Shown: positions 48,982-59,292 of the stretch, piece by piece
How the letters are laid out: each line of letters opens with the position of its first letter
Numbering within the stretch: the first letter of the stretch is position 1
NCBI GenBank assembly: GCA_003281645.1
Contig: QCBJ01000003.1
Location: 17,796-81,795 of the forward strand
Direction of reading: 5' to 3'
DNA length: 64,000 bases
Origin: Prochlorococcus sp. AG-347-G20
GTDB lineage: Bacteria > Cyanobacteriota > Cyanobacteriia > PCC-6307 > Cyanobiaceae
Notes under the pieces: model-generated
Seen by the model: only the letters and a program-made list of their open reading frames with translations
What the model was told of the DNA's origin: nothing
Database searches by the model: none
Made by a program: the position numbers and the translations under genes

Positions 48982-50175
48982 TTAATTAGTCTTTATAGCC
49001 TCAGCTTGTTTTTTTGTCCAGGATGAAACACAAGGTATGCGATTAAGATCACATCTATTGGAGTATTTTTTAGCAACTTCAACAACTTCTTCTAATAAGC
49101 CATTGTCAAGAGTAGTTGGGTTTAAACCTAATTCTATAAAGCATTTATTATCAACAATTAGATCATTTTCTACTGCTTCATTCCTTGGATTTGGTAAATA
49201 ATTGATATCAGCTCCTGTTAGAGAAGCAACTTTTTTAGCTAGTTCTCCAACTTGATGACTCTCAGTCATTTGATTAAAGATTTTGACCCTTTCTCCAGAT
49301 TTTGGAGGATTTTCAAGAGCAAGTTGTACGCATTTTACAGAGTCTTTTATATGTATAAATGCTCTTGTTTGCCCTCCTGTCCCATGAACACTTAATGGAT
49401 ATCCAATTGCAGCTTGCATTAGAAATCTGTTTAAAACAGTTCCATAATCTCCGTCATAGTCAAATCGGTTTGTCAATCTAGGATCTTTTAAAGTTGCTTC
49501 TGTATTTGTTCCCCAAACAATGCCTTGATGTAGATCAGTGATCCTAACAAGATCATTTTTGTTGTAGTAAAGAAATAATAGTTGATCTAAAGTTTTAGTC
49601 ATATGGTAGACACTACCTGGGCTTGCAGGGTGTAATATTTCTTCTTCAAAGCGGCTTCCATCTGGTTGTGGAACTTCTACTTTTAGATAACCTTCTGGAA
49701 TTGTTGCACCTCTATGTGATCCATATCCATAGACTCCCATTGTTCCTAAATGAACAACATGAATATCTAAATTACTCTCTACTATCGCAGCAAGTAGGTT
49801 GTGGGTGCCATTAACATTATTATCTACTGTATATCTTTTAGTAAAACTCGATTTCATCGAGTATGGTGCTGCTCTTTGTTCTGCAAAATGGATCACGGAA
49901 TCTGGTTTTTCATCAATGAGCAAGTTGAGTAATTTTTGATATTGTTTAGAGATATCCATGTTAAGAAATCTCATAGGCTTGCCTCCAGTCTCTTCCCATG
50001 CAGAAAGTCGTTCTGTTATGGAAGAAATTGGAGTTAAAGATTCTACCTCTAGATCAATATCAATTTTTCTACGACTTAAATTGTCGACAATAATTACATC
50101 ATGATTTTGCTCTGCTAAATTCACCGCACAAGGCCAACCGCAAAAACCATCTCCACCTAGAACAATAACTTTCAC
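48982..50175 (-). CDS. sqdB: UDP-sulfoquinovose synthase
   Basis: GGDGFCGW, EQRAAPYSM, HLGTMGVYG, YHMTK. Confidence 0.96.
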   Translation of the reverse strand: MKVIVLGGDGFCGWPCAVNLAEQNHDVIIVDNLSRRKIDIDLEVESLTPISSITERLSAWEETGGKPMRFLNMDISKQYQKLLNLLIDEKPDSVIHFAEQRAAPYSMKSSFTKRYTVDNNVNGTHNLLAAIVESNLDIHVVHLGTMGVYGYGSHRGATIPEGYLKVEVPQPDGSRFEEEILHPASPGSVYHMTKTLDQLLFLYYNKNDLVRITDLHQGIVWGTNTEATLKDPRLTNRFDYDGDYGTVLNRFLMQAAIGYPLSVHGTGGQTRAFIHIKDSVKCVQLALENPPKSGERVKIFNQMTESHQVGELAKKVASLTGADINYLPNPRNEAVENDLIVDNKCFIELGLNPTTLDNGLLEEVVEVAKKYSNRCDLNRIPCVSSWTKKQAEAIKTN

Positions 50176-50344
50176 TCAGAACTCCAGAATTAAAAGATTC
50201 ATAATATATTTATTAAATTACTACAGCGTGCTTCCACTTTGCGAAAAAACATTGTAAATAGTTTCAAATCTTCTTTCTTAATACGATAAATAAAAGCAAA
50301 TAATAAATTTTACTTTCTTTTTAAACTTTTCTCAATTTAGAGAA

Positions 50345-51139
50345 TTAGATAGATATGTTTTTTTCCGGCGAACTTGCAACTGCAAAGTCTTGTTTTTTAA
50401 TTCTTCCCGCCAGAAAAGCTTGCCTGCCAGCTTTCACGCCATAATTTATCGCTTGAGCCATGAGAGCTGGATTTTCAGCTTGTGCTATTGCACTATTGAT
50501 TAAAACACCATCAGCTCCAATTTCCATAGCTTGAGCAGCTTCACTAGGCACCCCAATTCCTGCGTCAATTATTACTGGCACTTTTGCATTCTCAATAATT
50601 ATCTTTATATTTGATAAATTTAATAAACCTTGCCCGGAGCCTATAGGCGAACCCAATGGCATTACAGTTGCACAACCCATTTCCTCAAGTCTTTTTGCAA
50701 GAATAGGATCTGCATTGATATAGGGAAGTACAGCAAAACCCTTTTTTATTAAAATTTCTGCTGCTTTAACGGTTTCTATTGGATCTGGAAGCAAATACTT
50801 TTTGTCAGGAATAACTTCTAACTTCACAAAATTATTTTCTTCTTGACCAGATAATTTTGCAAGTTCTCTACCCAAAATTGCTATTCGCACTGCCTCTTCG
50901 GAATTAGCACAACCTGCTGTATTAGGAAGCATCCAGTATTTTTTCCAGTTGATCTTTTCGAGTAAATTTTCTCCGGTCTGATCATTTTGAATTCTTCTAA
51001 CAGCGACGGTTATAATTTCCGTTTCAGTATTCGACAAACTTTCTACCATATCTTGAGTAGATTTGTATTTGCCAGTACCCACCATTAATCTACTGGAAAA
51101 TTGTTTCCCACCAATTAATAAAGAAGAAAAATTTTCCAT
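50345..51139 (-). CDS. thiG: Thiazole synthase
   Basis: [37 protein letters not shown]. Confidence 0.97.
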   Translation of the reverse strand: MENFSSLLIGGKQFSSRLMVGTGKYKSTQDMVESLSNTETEIITVAVRRIQNDQTGENLLEKINWKKYWMLPNTAGCANSEEAVRIAILGRELAKLSGQEENNFVKLEVIPDKKYLLPDPIETVKAAEILIKKGFAVLPYINADPILAKRLEEMGCATVMPLGSPIGSGQGLLNLSNIKIIIENAKVPVIIDAGIGVPSEAAQAMEIGADGVLINSAIAQAENPALMAQAINYGVKAGRQAFLAGRIKKQDFAVASSPEKNISI

Positions 51140-51141
51140 AT

Positions 51142-51699
51142 TTAAAATCCCTTATCTTTAATACCTTTATAAGGTTTATAATTATTTCTTTTTTCTAATT
51201 CCTTACTTTTTTTAATTGCTGTTTTGTTTTTTGGATCTATCACCAAAACCTTTTGATAAGTTGCATATGCCAAGTCGTACTCAAGTAAGCGCTGTTGTGC
51301 TGATGCGAGGTTATTTAGGGCTATAGGATATTCTGGGAGTGATTTTATTGCAGAGTTATAGTGTTTAATTGCTTTCTTAAATTCATTTTGAGCAGCATAA
51401 GAGAATCCTAAAGCATTGTTTATAATCGCTTTGGCTTCATCAGGTTCATTTTCATAATTTTCAATTGCTTTTAAAAAAGTTTTAGTTGCTTCAGAATATA
51501 ATCTTTTTTTTATCTGAATAGACCCAAATTCATATAATTCTGTAGCTTGAGTGAGAGAATCTAGACCTTTCTGTTCGAATTTTACTAAATTTAATTCTTC
51601 ACTTCTTGTTTTTAGAAATTGTCTGAATACAAAAATAGAAATTATTATTAATACAACAAAAAGAATTAATAAATAAGATTGAAAGGAAGATATTTCCAT
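51142..51699 (-). CDS. Membrane-anchored TPR protein (Ycf37-like)
   Basis: N-terminal TM helix plus TPR repeats ([13 protein letters not shown]); located downstream of rplT. Confidence 0.75.
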   Translation of the reverse strand: MEISSFQSYLLILFVVLIIISIFVFRQFLKTRSEELNLVKFEQKGLDSLTQATELYEFGSIQIKKRLYSEATKTFLKAIENYENEPDEAKAIINNALGFSYAAQNEFKKAIKHYNSAIKSLPEYPIALNNLASAQQRLLEYDLAYATYQKVLVIDPKNKTAIKKSKELEKRNNYKPYKGIKDKGF

Positions 51700-51738
51700 T
51701 ATTTATATTAGCTTTTTCTAGATTATATTATTTTTTTT

Positions 51739-52086
51739 CTACTTACTAACGGTAGAAACAATTTTTTCAAAACACTTAGGATCGCTTAAGGCTAATTGTG
51801 CAAGCATTTTTCTATTTATAATAATTTCTGAATTTTTCATGCCATTTATCAACTTGCTATAGTTTGTTCCATTTATCCTGGCAGACGCATTAATTCTAGA
51901 AATCCAAAGTCTTCTAAAATCTCTTTTTCTTCTTCTTCTATCCCTATAAGCATTACAAAGAGCTTTCATCACCCTTTGATTTGCTGTCCTGAAAAGATTT
52001 TTGTTGCCGCCTCTAAAACCTTTTGCAAGATTTAAGATTTTGTTTCTTCTTTTTCTGGCTATGTTGCCTCTTTTTACGCGTGCCAT
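51739..52086 (-). CDS. rplT: 50S ribosomal protein L20
   Basis: [26 protein letters not shown]. Confidence 0.98.
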   Translation of the reverse strand: MARVKRGNIARKRRNKILNLAKGFRGGNKNLFRTANQRVMKALCNAYRDRRRRKRDFRRLWISRINASARINGTNYSKLINGMKNSEIIINRKMLAQLALSDPKCFEKIVSTVSK

Positions 52087-52118
52087 GAATATTTTCTAAT
52101 AAAAAATTGGTTAAAGAT

Positions 52119-52316
52119 TTATGCGTATGGAATCATTAATCTTACATTATCAGCATCTCTTTCATCAACTACAGCTTTTGTTGATAGATGTCTTTTTAAT
52201 TTTGAGCTTTTATGATCAAGTAAATGATTGTGGAAAGCTCTTCTTCTCATGAATTTACCCGTCGCAGTAGCTTTAAATCTTTTGGCAGCTGATTTACGAG
52301 TTTTTAGTTTAGACAT
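52119..52316 (-). CDS. rpmI: 50S ribosomal protein L35
   Basis: [12 protein letters not shown]...HLL; immediately upstream of rplT. Confidence 0.97.
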
Positions 52317-52407
52317 TTAAGTCAAATGTGTTTAATTAGGATAATCTAAACCTTTATACGCATTGGTGCAAATTAAAGTTTTTAATTGATAAGGAAAGTT
52401 CTAATTT

Positions 52408-53961
52408 ATGAAACTTAAATTTGCCTTTTTAAACTTATTTTTAGGCTGTATTACTCTTTTAATAATAAACACTAAATTTATTTCAAATGCAAAAGGAGAA
52501 GAATTGCTAAAGGTTGAACTCCATAATGAAATTAAAAAAGGAAAATTTTTAATTGGTTTAAAGCAATATTTAGGCGGGGAGAATGATAGTTTTTCGGAGA
52601 AAAAGAATTTAAACTTTACAACTAATAAAGGTTTTTTAAACTTGATATCATCTAACGGTATAAAGCATAAATCAAAACAGATAAATATTACCTGGGCGGA
52701 TATTCCCGTCAAAAATCCAAAAACAATTGAAAGAATTGTTTTTGGTCCATTTGCTAGCTATGAATCAGCAAAAAAACAATCAGAGAAACTAAGAGATAAA
52801 GGATTTGAGACGACTGTTGCCTACCCTAAAAATTGGGAAGTATGGATTCCATTTCAAGATGATCTGCCAGAGTTTGAATTAAAAAATAAGATTTTTAGAA
52901 AAATAAAAAATTTTCAAATTATTCCTGTTCTTAGAAATGACTACAGTAGTATGAAACTTGAAGGTCCCATATATATTTATTCTGAAGAGAAAATAAAAAT
53001 AAATGGTGTTAATTTTGGCAAAAATTTTTATTTAATAAAGGATTTATATGGAACTTGGACCTTAGTTCAAAAAATTGAATTTGATGACTATTTGGCAGGT
53101 GTTTTGCCATATGAAATTGGCCCGAATTCTCCTTTAGAAGCACTCAAGGCTCAAGCAGTTATTGCAAGAACTTGGGGCATATTTAATTCTGATAGATTTA
53201 ATATGGATAAATATCATTTATGTATAAGCACTCAATGCCAAGTTTATAAGCCTTCTGAAATTTCATATAAAAATGTACAAAAAGCCATAGATGAAACTTC
53301 AAATTTAATTCTCACTCATGAAAATCAACCAATAAATGCTTTTTACCATGGTTCTAATGGTGGAGTATCTGCTACTGCAGGCGAGTCTTGGCAAATTCAA
53401 GATTATTCTTATTTCAATTCAATCATTGATGGTCCTAAATCATTAAATAAAATTTTTAAACTTCCAATTACAAATGAATTTTATTTAAATAATTTTTTAG
53501 ATTTTGATAAGGAACAGTTTTATGGGAGTCATCATTCTCTTTTTCGATGGAATAAGAAAATTTCTAGTCTTGAAATTAAAGAAAAGTTAATTAAAAACAA
53601 ACTTATAAATATTAATGAAAATGTTTTGGATTTAAATTCTATTGAACGTGGGTCTAGTGGCAGAGTGACAAAATTGGAAATACAAACGGACAAGGGTAAT
53701 AAATCTATTGTTCTTGTTAAAGATGATATTCGACGGGTATTAAATTTTATACCTAGTAATTTGTTTACTATTAATAAATTAAATGATGATTTATGGCTTT
53801 TGAGAGGAGGAGGCTTCGGTCATGGTGTAGGTTTATCTCAGTCAGGAGCAATTGAAATGGCTAAATTAGGATTCTCTTATGAACAAATATTGAATCATTA
53901 CTATCGAAATGCAAAACTAAAAAAATTTGAGATATTGTCTCAATGGAAGTTAAGTAATTAA
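52408..53961 (+). CDS. SpoIID/LytB domain protein (lytic transglycosylase-like)
   Basis: Signal peptide; YLAGVLPYE, EALKAQAVIART, QVY, GGGFGHGVGLSQ, ILNHYY. Confidence 0.9.
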   Translation: MKLKFAFLNLFLGCITLLIINTKFISNAKGEELLKVELHNEIKKGKFLIGLKQYLGGENDSFSEKKNLNFTTNKGFLNLISSNGIKHKSKQINITWADIPVKNPKTIERIVFGPFASYESAKKQSEKLRDKGFETTVAYPKNWEVWIPFQDDLPEFELKNKIFRKIKNFQIIPVLRNDYSSMKLEGPIYIYSEEKIKINGVNFGKNFYLIKDLYGTWTLVQKIEFDDYLAGVLPYEIGPNSPLEALKAQAVIARTWGIFNSDRFNMDKYHLCISTQCQVYKPSEISYKNVQKAIDETSNLILTHENQPINAFYHGSNGGVSATAGESWQIQDYSYFNSIIDGPKSLNKIFKLPITNEFYLNNFLDFDKEQFYGSHHSLFRWNKKISSLEIKEKLIKNKLININENVLDLNSIERGSSGRVTKLEIQTDKGNKSIVLVKDDIRRVLNFIPSNLFTINKLNDDLWLLRGGGFGHGVGLSQSGAIEMAKLGFSYEQILNHYYRNAKLKKFEILSQWKLSN

Positions 53962-53973
53962 CAATTTACTTTT

Positions 53974-55275
53974 ATGAGTAAGGGTTTTTATAAAAATCGA
54001 AGATTGAAGTCGTTTATATTTCTTAGTGCTTGTTTTTTAGTAGCTTTTATTCCTCATGCTAACAATATCGAAAATTTCTTTTACATAATATTTACTCTTT
54101 CTTTTGTGATTGTTTTTTACGGTTTAATAGTTATTTCAAGAAATTTCAAAAGGAACAACGTTTTAAATACTGTAAGCAGAAGAATTAGCAATAAAGAGTT
54201 ACCTGTGCTTGATATTTTAGTCGCAGCTAGAGATGAAGAGAATGTCATATCAAGATTAGTTGAAAGATTATTTAGTTTAGATTATCCAACAAATAAATTA
54301 AATATTTACATAATCGATGATGGTAGTTCTGATAAGACGCCTTTAATTTTAGATCGATTATCTAGACAATATGACAAGTTAAAAGTCATAAGTCGTTCTC
54401 CAAATGCAGGAGGAGGAAAGTCAGGAGCTTTGAATTATGCCTTGAAATTTACCCATGGTGAATGGCTATTAGTTTTGGATGCTGATGCTGAATTAAAACA
54501 AGATTCTTTGATAAGGTTATTTTCTTTTGTAGAAGAGGGTGATTGGTCTGCAGTTCAACTAAGAAAATCAGTAACAAATGTAAGTAAGAATTTTTTAACT
54601 TCCTGTCAGTCAATGGAGATGGCTATGGATGCAATCTTTCAATATGGAAGATTATCATTTGCTGGAGTTTCCGAATTAAGGGGAAATGGTCAATTAATTA
54701 AGAAAGAAACATTATTAGCATGTGGTTCATTTAATGAAGATACAGTGACAGATGATCTTGATTTGAGTTTAAGATTATTATTAACAAAATCTAGAATTGG
54801 AATCTTATGGGATCCTCCAGTCATGGAGGAGGCAGTTGAGAATTTAAATGCTTTATTAGCGCAAAGGCAAAGATGGGCAGAGGGGGGGTTGCAAAGATTC
54901 TTCGATTATGGAGATCAATTATTTACTAATAAAATTGATTATTTGCAGAAATTTGATTTAACTTACTTTTTCATCTTGCAATATGCATTACCAACCATTT
55001 CTATTTTTGATTTAGTTTTCAGTATTGCTTTTTTAGATTCACCAATTTACTGGCCTATTTCATTTACAGCTTTTATGTTATCTGGAATTGCTTTTTGGTA
55101 CGGCGCTTCTTGTAAAAGTGAAGTACCTGTATTGCAAAAAAGAAATTTTTTGATGGTATTTGTATCGGTTTTTTATTTATCACATTGGTTTTTAGTGATC
55201 CCTTATGTAACTATAAAGATGTCTATTTTCCCCAAAAAAATACTCTGGCGAAAGACTCTTCATACTGGACTTTAA
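53974..55275 (+). CDS. GT2 glycosyltransferase, probable monoglucosyldiacylglycerol synthase (MgdA-like)
   Basis: DDGSSD, GKSGALN, DAD, TDDLD and QRQRWAEGG (D,D,D,QxxRW); ELRGNGQ matches my recollection of cyanobacterial MgdA. Confidence 0.75.
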   Translation: MSKGFYKNRRLKSFIFLSACFLVAFIPHANNIENFFYIIFTLSFVIVFYGLIVISRNFKRNNVLNTVSRRISNKELPVLDILVAARDEENVISRLVERLFSLDYPTNKLNIYIIDDGSSDKTPLILDRLSRQYDKLKVISRSPNAGGGKSGALNYALKFTHGEWLLVLDADAELKQDSLIRLFSFVEEGDWSAVQLRKSVTNVSKNFLTSCQSMEMAMDAIFQYGRLSFAGVSELRGNGQLIKKETLLACGSFNEDTVTDDLDLSLRLLLTKSRIGILWDPPVMEEAVENLNALLAQRQRWAEGGLQRFFDYGDQLFTNKIDYLQKFDLTYFFILQYALPTISIFDLVFSIAFLDSPIYWPISFTAFMLSGIAFWYGASCKSEVPVLQKRNFLMVFVSVFYLSHWFLVIPYVTIKMSIFPKKILWRKTLHTGL

Positions 55276-55276
55276 T

Positions 55277-57052
55277 CTATTCATCAAGGTCTATAATTTC
55301 TCCATTAAAAAAATTTGCTAAGTTTTTTGAACTATCATCATAATTTTCCTCGTTAGATATTTTTGTTGACGAATTAGTTTTTGGTTCTATTTTGGTTTTT
55401 GATTCTATTTTTTTTATTGGTCGGAAATTATTTACTTCATTTTGGGTTATTTCTGGAGTGTTTGTTGGGTTATTTTTATTTAATTGTTTGGTTGAAAAAT
55501 TAAGTATTATTCCATCTCCAAATATCTTTTTTACAGTATTTTCAATTATAACTTTTCTGCTTTTTATCATACTTTCCCAGTTTGGAGATAATGCAATTGT
55601 GATTTTCTCCGAATCAAAACTTTCAAGTTCGGCTTGTTGTGAAAGTAACATTCTTGTTGATGGTAACTCTACTTTAGAAAGAATTAATTCCCATTTATCT
55701 TTTAAATTTGATCCATGATTATTTTGGTTATTTTCAGAAATATTTTCAATACTTTCTTTTTCAAGAACTTCAAATTTTTCTAATTTTTCGTCTTTTTTTT
55801 CGATCAATTCCTTGTGAGTTTTCTCTTCCTGGATACTTGGTTTTGGAATCTCATCTGAAATATTTTTTTTATTAATTGGAATGTTTTTTCTACTTTCATG
55901 CTTCTCCTCAGTCGTATTATTTTTACTTTCTTGTTTATTTTCAAAACTATTTATCTCTTGATTATGCAGAAGACCAGTTAAATGTATTTCAAACCAAAGC
56001 CTTGGATTATCACTTGATTTGATTTGATATTCAATATTTCTCAGATTATTATGCCAATTAATTATTGTTGATTTATTTATTGTTTTTGAGATTTTATCTA
56101 ACTCATCTCGAAATTCATCAGACGTATAGTAGAGATCTGAATATTTATTATTTGCAGTGTGTAATAGTAGATCTCTTGTTATATTCAATAATCCGATAAT
56201 TATTTGAAGAGGTTCGTTTCCGGCATCATATAATTTGTTGCAGCTGTCAATTAATAACTCTGGATTATTCTCAACCAATGATTTAATCAGATTTGTTAAT
56301 TCACTTTCTGATACTTCTCCTAGGAGGTTTTGGATATTATTAATTGTTATCCCTTCTGGTAAAAGATTCAATTGTTCAAGGAGGCTTTGTGCATCTCTCA
56401 TACCTCCATTAGACCTTTTTGCAATCATTTTTAACGCCTGAACTTCGTACTTAATGGATTCTTTTTCGGCGATTTCTGATAAATGTTGAAAAATATCACT
56501 AGGGCTTATTCTTCTAAAATCAAACTTTTGGCATCTACTTTGTATTGTATTTAATACTCTCTCAGGATTTGTCGTCGCAAGTATAAATACAACTCTTGAG
56601 GGCGGTTCTTCAATAGTTTTTAGTAAAGCATTTGAAGCTGCTGTTGAAAGCATATGACATTCATCAATTACATAGACTTTCCATCTCGCTTGAGTAGGTG
56701 CAAATCTCGCTCTTTCTATAATTTCTCTTATATTTTCTACTCCTGTATTTGATGCTGCATCAATCTCGATAATATCTAAAGCGCTCCCATCTGTAATTTG
56801 TCTACATAAGTCACATTTACAACAAGGAGTTATCGTAGGTTGGTCGAATGCCTGGCAATTTAGAGATTTTGCAAATATTCTTGCACTTGATGTTTTCCCA
56901 GTGCCTCTTGGACCATTAAAAAGATATGCAGGAGCAATTTTTTTTGTTAATAGAGCTTGTTTGAGTGTAATGGATATAAATTTTTGCCCAACCAGTTCGT
57001 CTAAGTTGTTCGGTCTATATTTTTGATGAAAAGGCTTATGTATGTTTGGCAT
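55277..57052 (-). CDS. dnaX: DNA polymerase III subunit gamma/tau
   Basis: KYRP, GPRGTGKTS, zinc-binding Cys cluster, EIDAAS, DECHML, SRC. Confidence 0.97.
   Translation of the reverse strand: MPNIHKPFHQKYRPNNLDELVGQKFISITLKQALLTKKIAPAYLFNGPRGTGKTSSARIFAKSLNCQAFDQPTITPCCKCDLCRQITDGSALDIIEIDAASNTGVENIREIIERARFAPTQARWKVYVIDECHMLSTAASNALLKTIEEPPSRVVFILATTNPERVLNTIQSRCQKFDFRRISPSDIFQHLSEIAEKESIKYEVQALKMIAKRSNGGMRDAQSLLEQLNLLPEGITINNIQNLLGEVSESELTNLIKSLVENNPELLIDSCNKLYDAGNEPLQIIIGLLNITRDLLLHTANNKYSDLYYTSDEFRDELDKISKTINKSTIINWHNNLRNIEYQIKSSDNPRLWFEIHLTGLLHNQEINSFENKQESKNNTTEEKHESRKNIPINKKNISDEIPKPSIQEEKTHKELIEKKDEKLEKFEVLEKESIENISENNQNNHGSNLKDKWELILSKVELPSTRMLLSQQAELESFDSEKITIALSPNWESMIKSRKVIIENTVKKIFGDGIILNFSTKQLNKNNPTNTPEITQNEVNNFRPIKKIESKTKIEPKTNSSTKISNEENYDDSSKNLANFFNGEIIDLDE
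55376..55411. repeat. 18-bp in-frame tandem duplication within dnaX
   Basis: AGTTTTTGGTTCTATTTT / GGTTTTTGATTCTATTTT, encoding KIESKT-KIEPKT. Confidence 0.75.
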
Positions 57053-57110
57053 TTATTTTTCATTAATTAGAAAAATTAGCGATTCAATTAAAAAAAATTA
57101 AACTCTAATT

Positions 57111-58478
57111 TTATGCAGACTCTTTAATGATTCTTTTTGATCCTGAAGGTAGTTTAACAATCTTAGATGAGAACAAATTATCTACCATTTTTTTCGTAAT
57201 TGTGAATTCTTTTACATTTTCTTCAGAAGGCAAAGTGTACATTATGTCTAGCATTAGCTCTTCAATTATTGATCTTAATGCTCTTGCACCTGTTTTTCTT
57301 TTGTATGCTTCATTTGCTATCGCTTCAACAGAATCAGGCTCAAATGATAATTCAACATTATCCATACTTAGCAAAGTTTTGAATTGCTTTACTAATGCAT
57401 CTCTTGGTTGAGTCAAAATAGATTCTAAAGTTTCTTTAGTAAGACGATCTAATACAGCACAAACTGGAATTCTTCCAATAAATTCTGGAATTAGGCCATA
57501 TTTCACTAAGTCATCTAATTCTAAATTTTTCAGGGAATCTCTTGGGTCTACTATTTTTTTTGTATCAACTTTGTTTTGATCTGAATTGGTGGTAAATCCA
57601 ATAGAGTGTTTACCCATACGCTTTTGAACGATATCCTCTAAACCTATAAAAGCTCCCCCACAAATAAATAGTATTTGACTCGTATCAATTTGGATGCAGT
57701 CATGATAAGGATGCTTTCTTCCGCCTTGAGGTGGCACATTAGCAATTGTTCCTTCAAGCATTTTTAATAATGCTTGCTGTACCCCTTCACCGGAGACATC
57801 TCTAGTAATTGAAGGATTCTCGCTTTTTCTTGCAATTTTATCTATTTCATCAATATAAATAATTCCTTTTTGAGCTAGTTCTACATTCATTTCTGATTTC
57901 TGTAGAAGTCTTAAAAGTATGTTTTCAACATCCTCCCCAACATATCCAGCTTCTGTCAAAGTCGTTGCATCAGCTACTGCAAAAGGAACATCTAAAAACT
58001 CTGCTAAAGTTTGCGCCAATAATGTTTTTCCACTTCCAGTAGGGCCGATGAGTAAAATATTTGATTTTTGTAATTTAGTTGCTTGTGTATCAGTTGAATT
58101 GCTATTTTTACTCTCTTCTTTGACTTTCCAAGCTAATCGCTTGTAATGATTGTATACGGCTACTGATAATATTTTTTTTGCAGATTCTTGTCCAACAACT
58201 TGATTATCTAGAAAACTTTTTATTTCTAATGGCTTAGGAATTGAGGTTAATTCTAAAGGAACAGATTTTTTTGGATTATCAGTTGGTAATTTCTTTTTTA
58301 CTTGTGGAGAGTTGTTTGTGTTCGCTTGATTATCAAGTAGTTCTTCATCGAGAATCTCATTACAAAGGTCTATGCACTCATCACAGATATAAACCCCAGG
58401 ACCAGCTATAAGCTTTCTTACTTGGTCTTGTGACTTCCCGCAAAATGAACATTTAAGATGGGCGTCGAATTTAGCCAT
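57111..58478 (-). CDS. clpX: ATP-dependent Clp protease ATP-binding subunit
   Basis: CSFCGK...CDEC zinc-binding domain, [22 protein letters not shown] loop. Confidence 0.98.
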   Translation of the reverse strand: MAKFDAHLKCSFCGKSQDQVRKLIAGPGVYICDECIDLCNEILDEELLDNQANTNNSPQVKKKLPTDNPKKSVPLELTSIPKPLEIKSFLDNQVVGQESAKKILSVAVYNHYKRLAWKVKEESKNSNSTDTQATKLQKSNILLIGPTGSGKTLLAQTLAEFLDVPFAVADATTLTEAGYVGEDVENILLRLLQKSEMNVELAQKGIIYIDEIDKIARKSENPSITRDVSGEGVQQALLKMLEGTIANVPPQGGRKHPYHDCIQIDTSQILFICGGAFIGLEDIVQKRMGKHSIGFTTNSDQNKVDTKKIVDPRDSLKNLELDDLVKYGLIPEFIGRIPVCAVLDRLTKETLESILTQPRDALVKQFKTLLSMDNVELSFEPDSVEAIANEAYKRKTGARALRSIIEELMLDIMYTLPSEENVKEFTITKKMVDNLFSSKIVKLPSGSKRIIKESA

Positions 58479-58583
58479 CGATTATAAGTTTTTAAAGTGA
58501 AAGGTGTTAAATATTCCCTATTCACTAGGATTGCTCATAAATATCGATTCGTCATCATATTCTTAAAAAATCAGAACCCCTTG

Positions 58584-59228
58584 TCACTTTTTGATAACTT
58601 TATCAATTAATCCATATTCGACTGCTTCTGAGGGGGATAAAAAGTAATCTCTTTCTGTATCTTCATTAATTTTTTCTAAAGGTTGACCAGTATGTTCAGC
58701 TAAAAGTGAATTTAATGTTTTCTTGAGAAAAAGTATTTCTTTAGCTTGTATTTCAATCTCTACTGCTTGACCTTGTGCACCTCCAAGAGGCTGATGAATC
58801 ATAATCCTAGAATTTGGTAAAGCCAATCTTTTCCCTTTTGCTCCTCCAGAAAGTAGGAATGCCCCCATACTTGCAGCTACTCCAAAGCATATTGTTACTA
58901 CATCAGGGGATATTTGTTGCATAGTATCGTATATGGCCATTCCTGCAGTTACTGAGCCTCCAGGAGAATTGATATATATTTGTATGTCTTTTTCGGGATC
59001 TTCCGCTTCAAGAAATAATAATTGCGCAACAAGTGAATCGGATACTTGATCATTAATTCCAGTACCTAAAAAAATTATTCTCTCCCTTAATAGTCTTGAA
59101 TAAATATCAAAAGCTCTTTCTCCTCTACCTGATTGTTCTATAACAGTAGGAACAGCAGCAATGGTTTTATTGTTACTTTCGTAAGAACTTATTGAGCTTT
59201 GGATTAAATGTTTTTTTTCTGAGTTCAC
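58584..59228 (-). CDS. clpP: ATP-dependent Clp protease proteolytic subunit
   Basis: YINSPGG, AASMGA (Ser), MIHQP (His), ERD (Asp). Confidence 0.97.
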   Translation of the reverse strand: MNSEKKHLIQSSISSYESNNKTIAAVPTVIEQSGRGERAFDIYSRLLRERIIFLGTGINDQVSDSLVAQLLFLEAEDPEKDIQIYINSPGGSVTAGMAIYDTMQQISPDVVTICFGVAASMGAFLLSGGAKGKRLALPNSRIMIHQPLGGAQGQAVEIEIQAKEILFLKKTLNSLLAEHTGQPLEKINEDTERDYFLSPSEAVEYGLIDKVIKK

Positions 59229-59292
59229 AAATTAATTTCGTCTTATAAATAATTTAAGGGGTTTTTGTCTAATTAGTAAGAAATTTCATAAA

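Noticed and set aside
50176-50344. Small gene or sRNA between thiG and sqdB
   Set aside because: The frames I checked close quickly and no stable structure is evident; it is probably the sqdB promoter region
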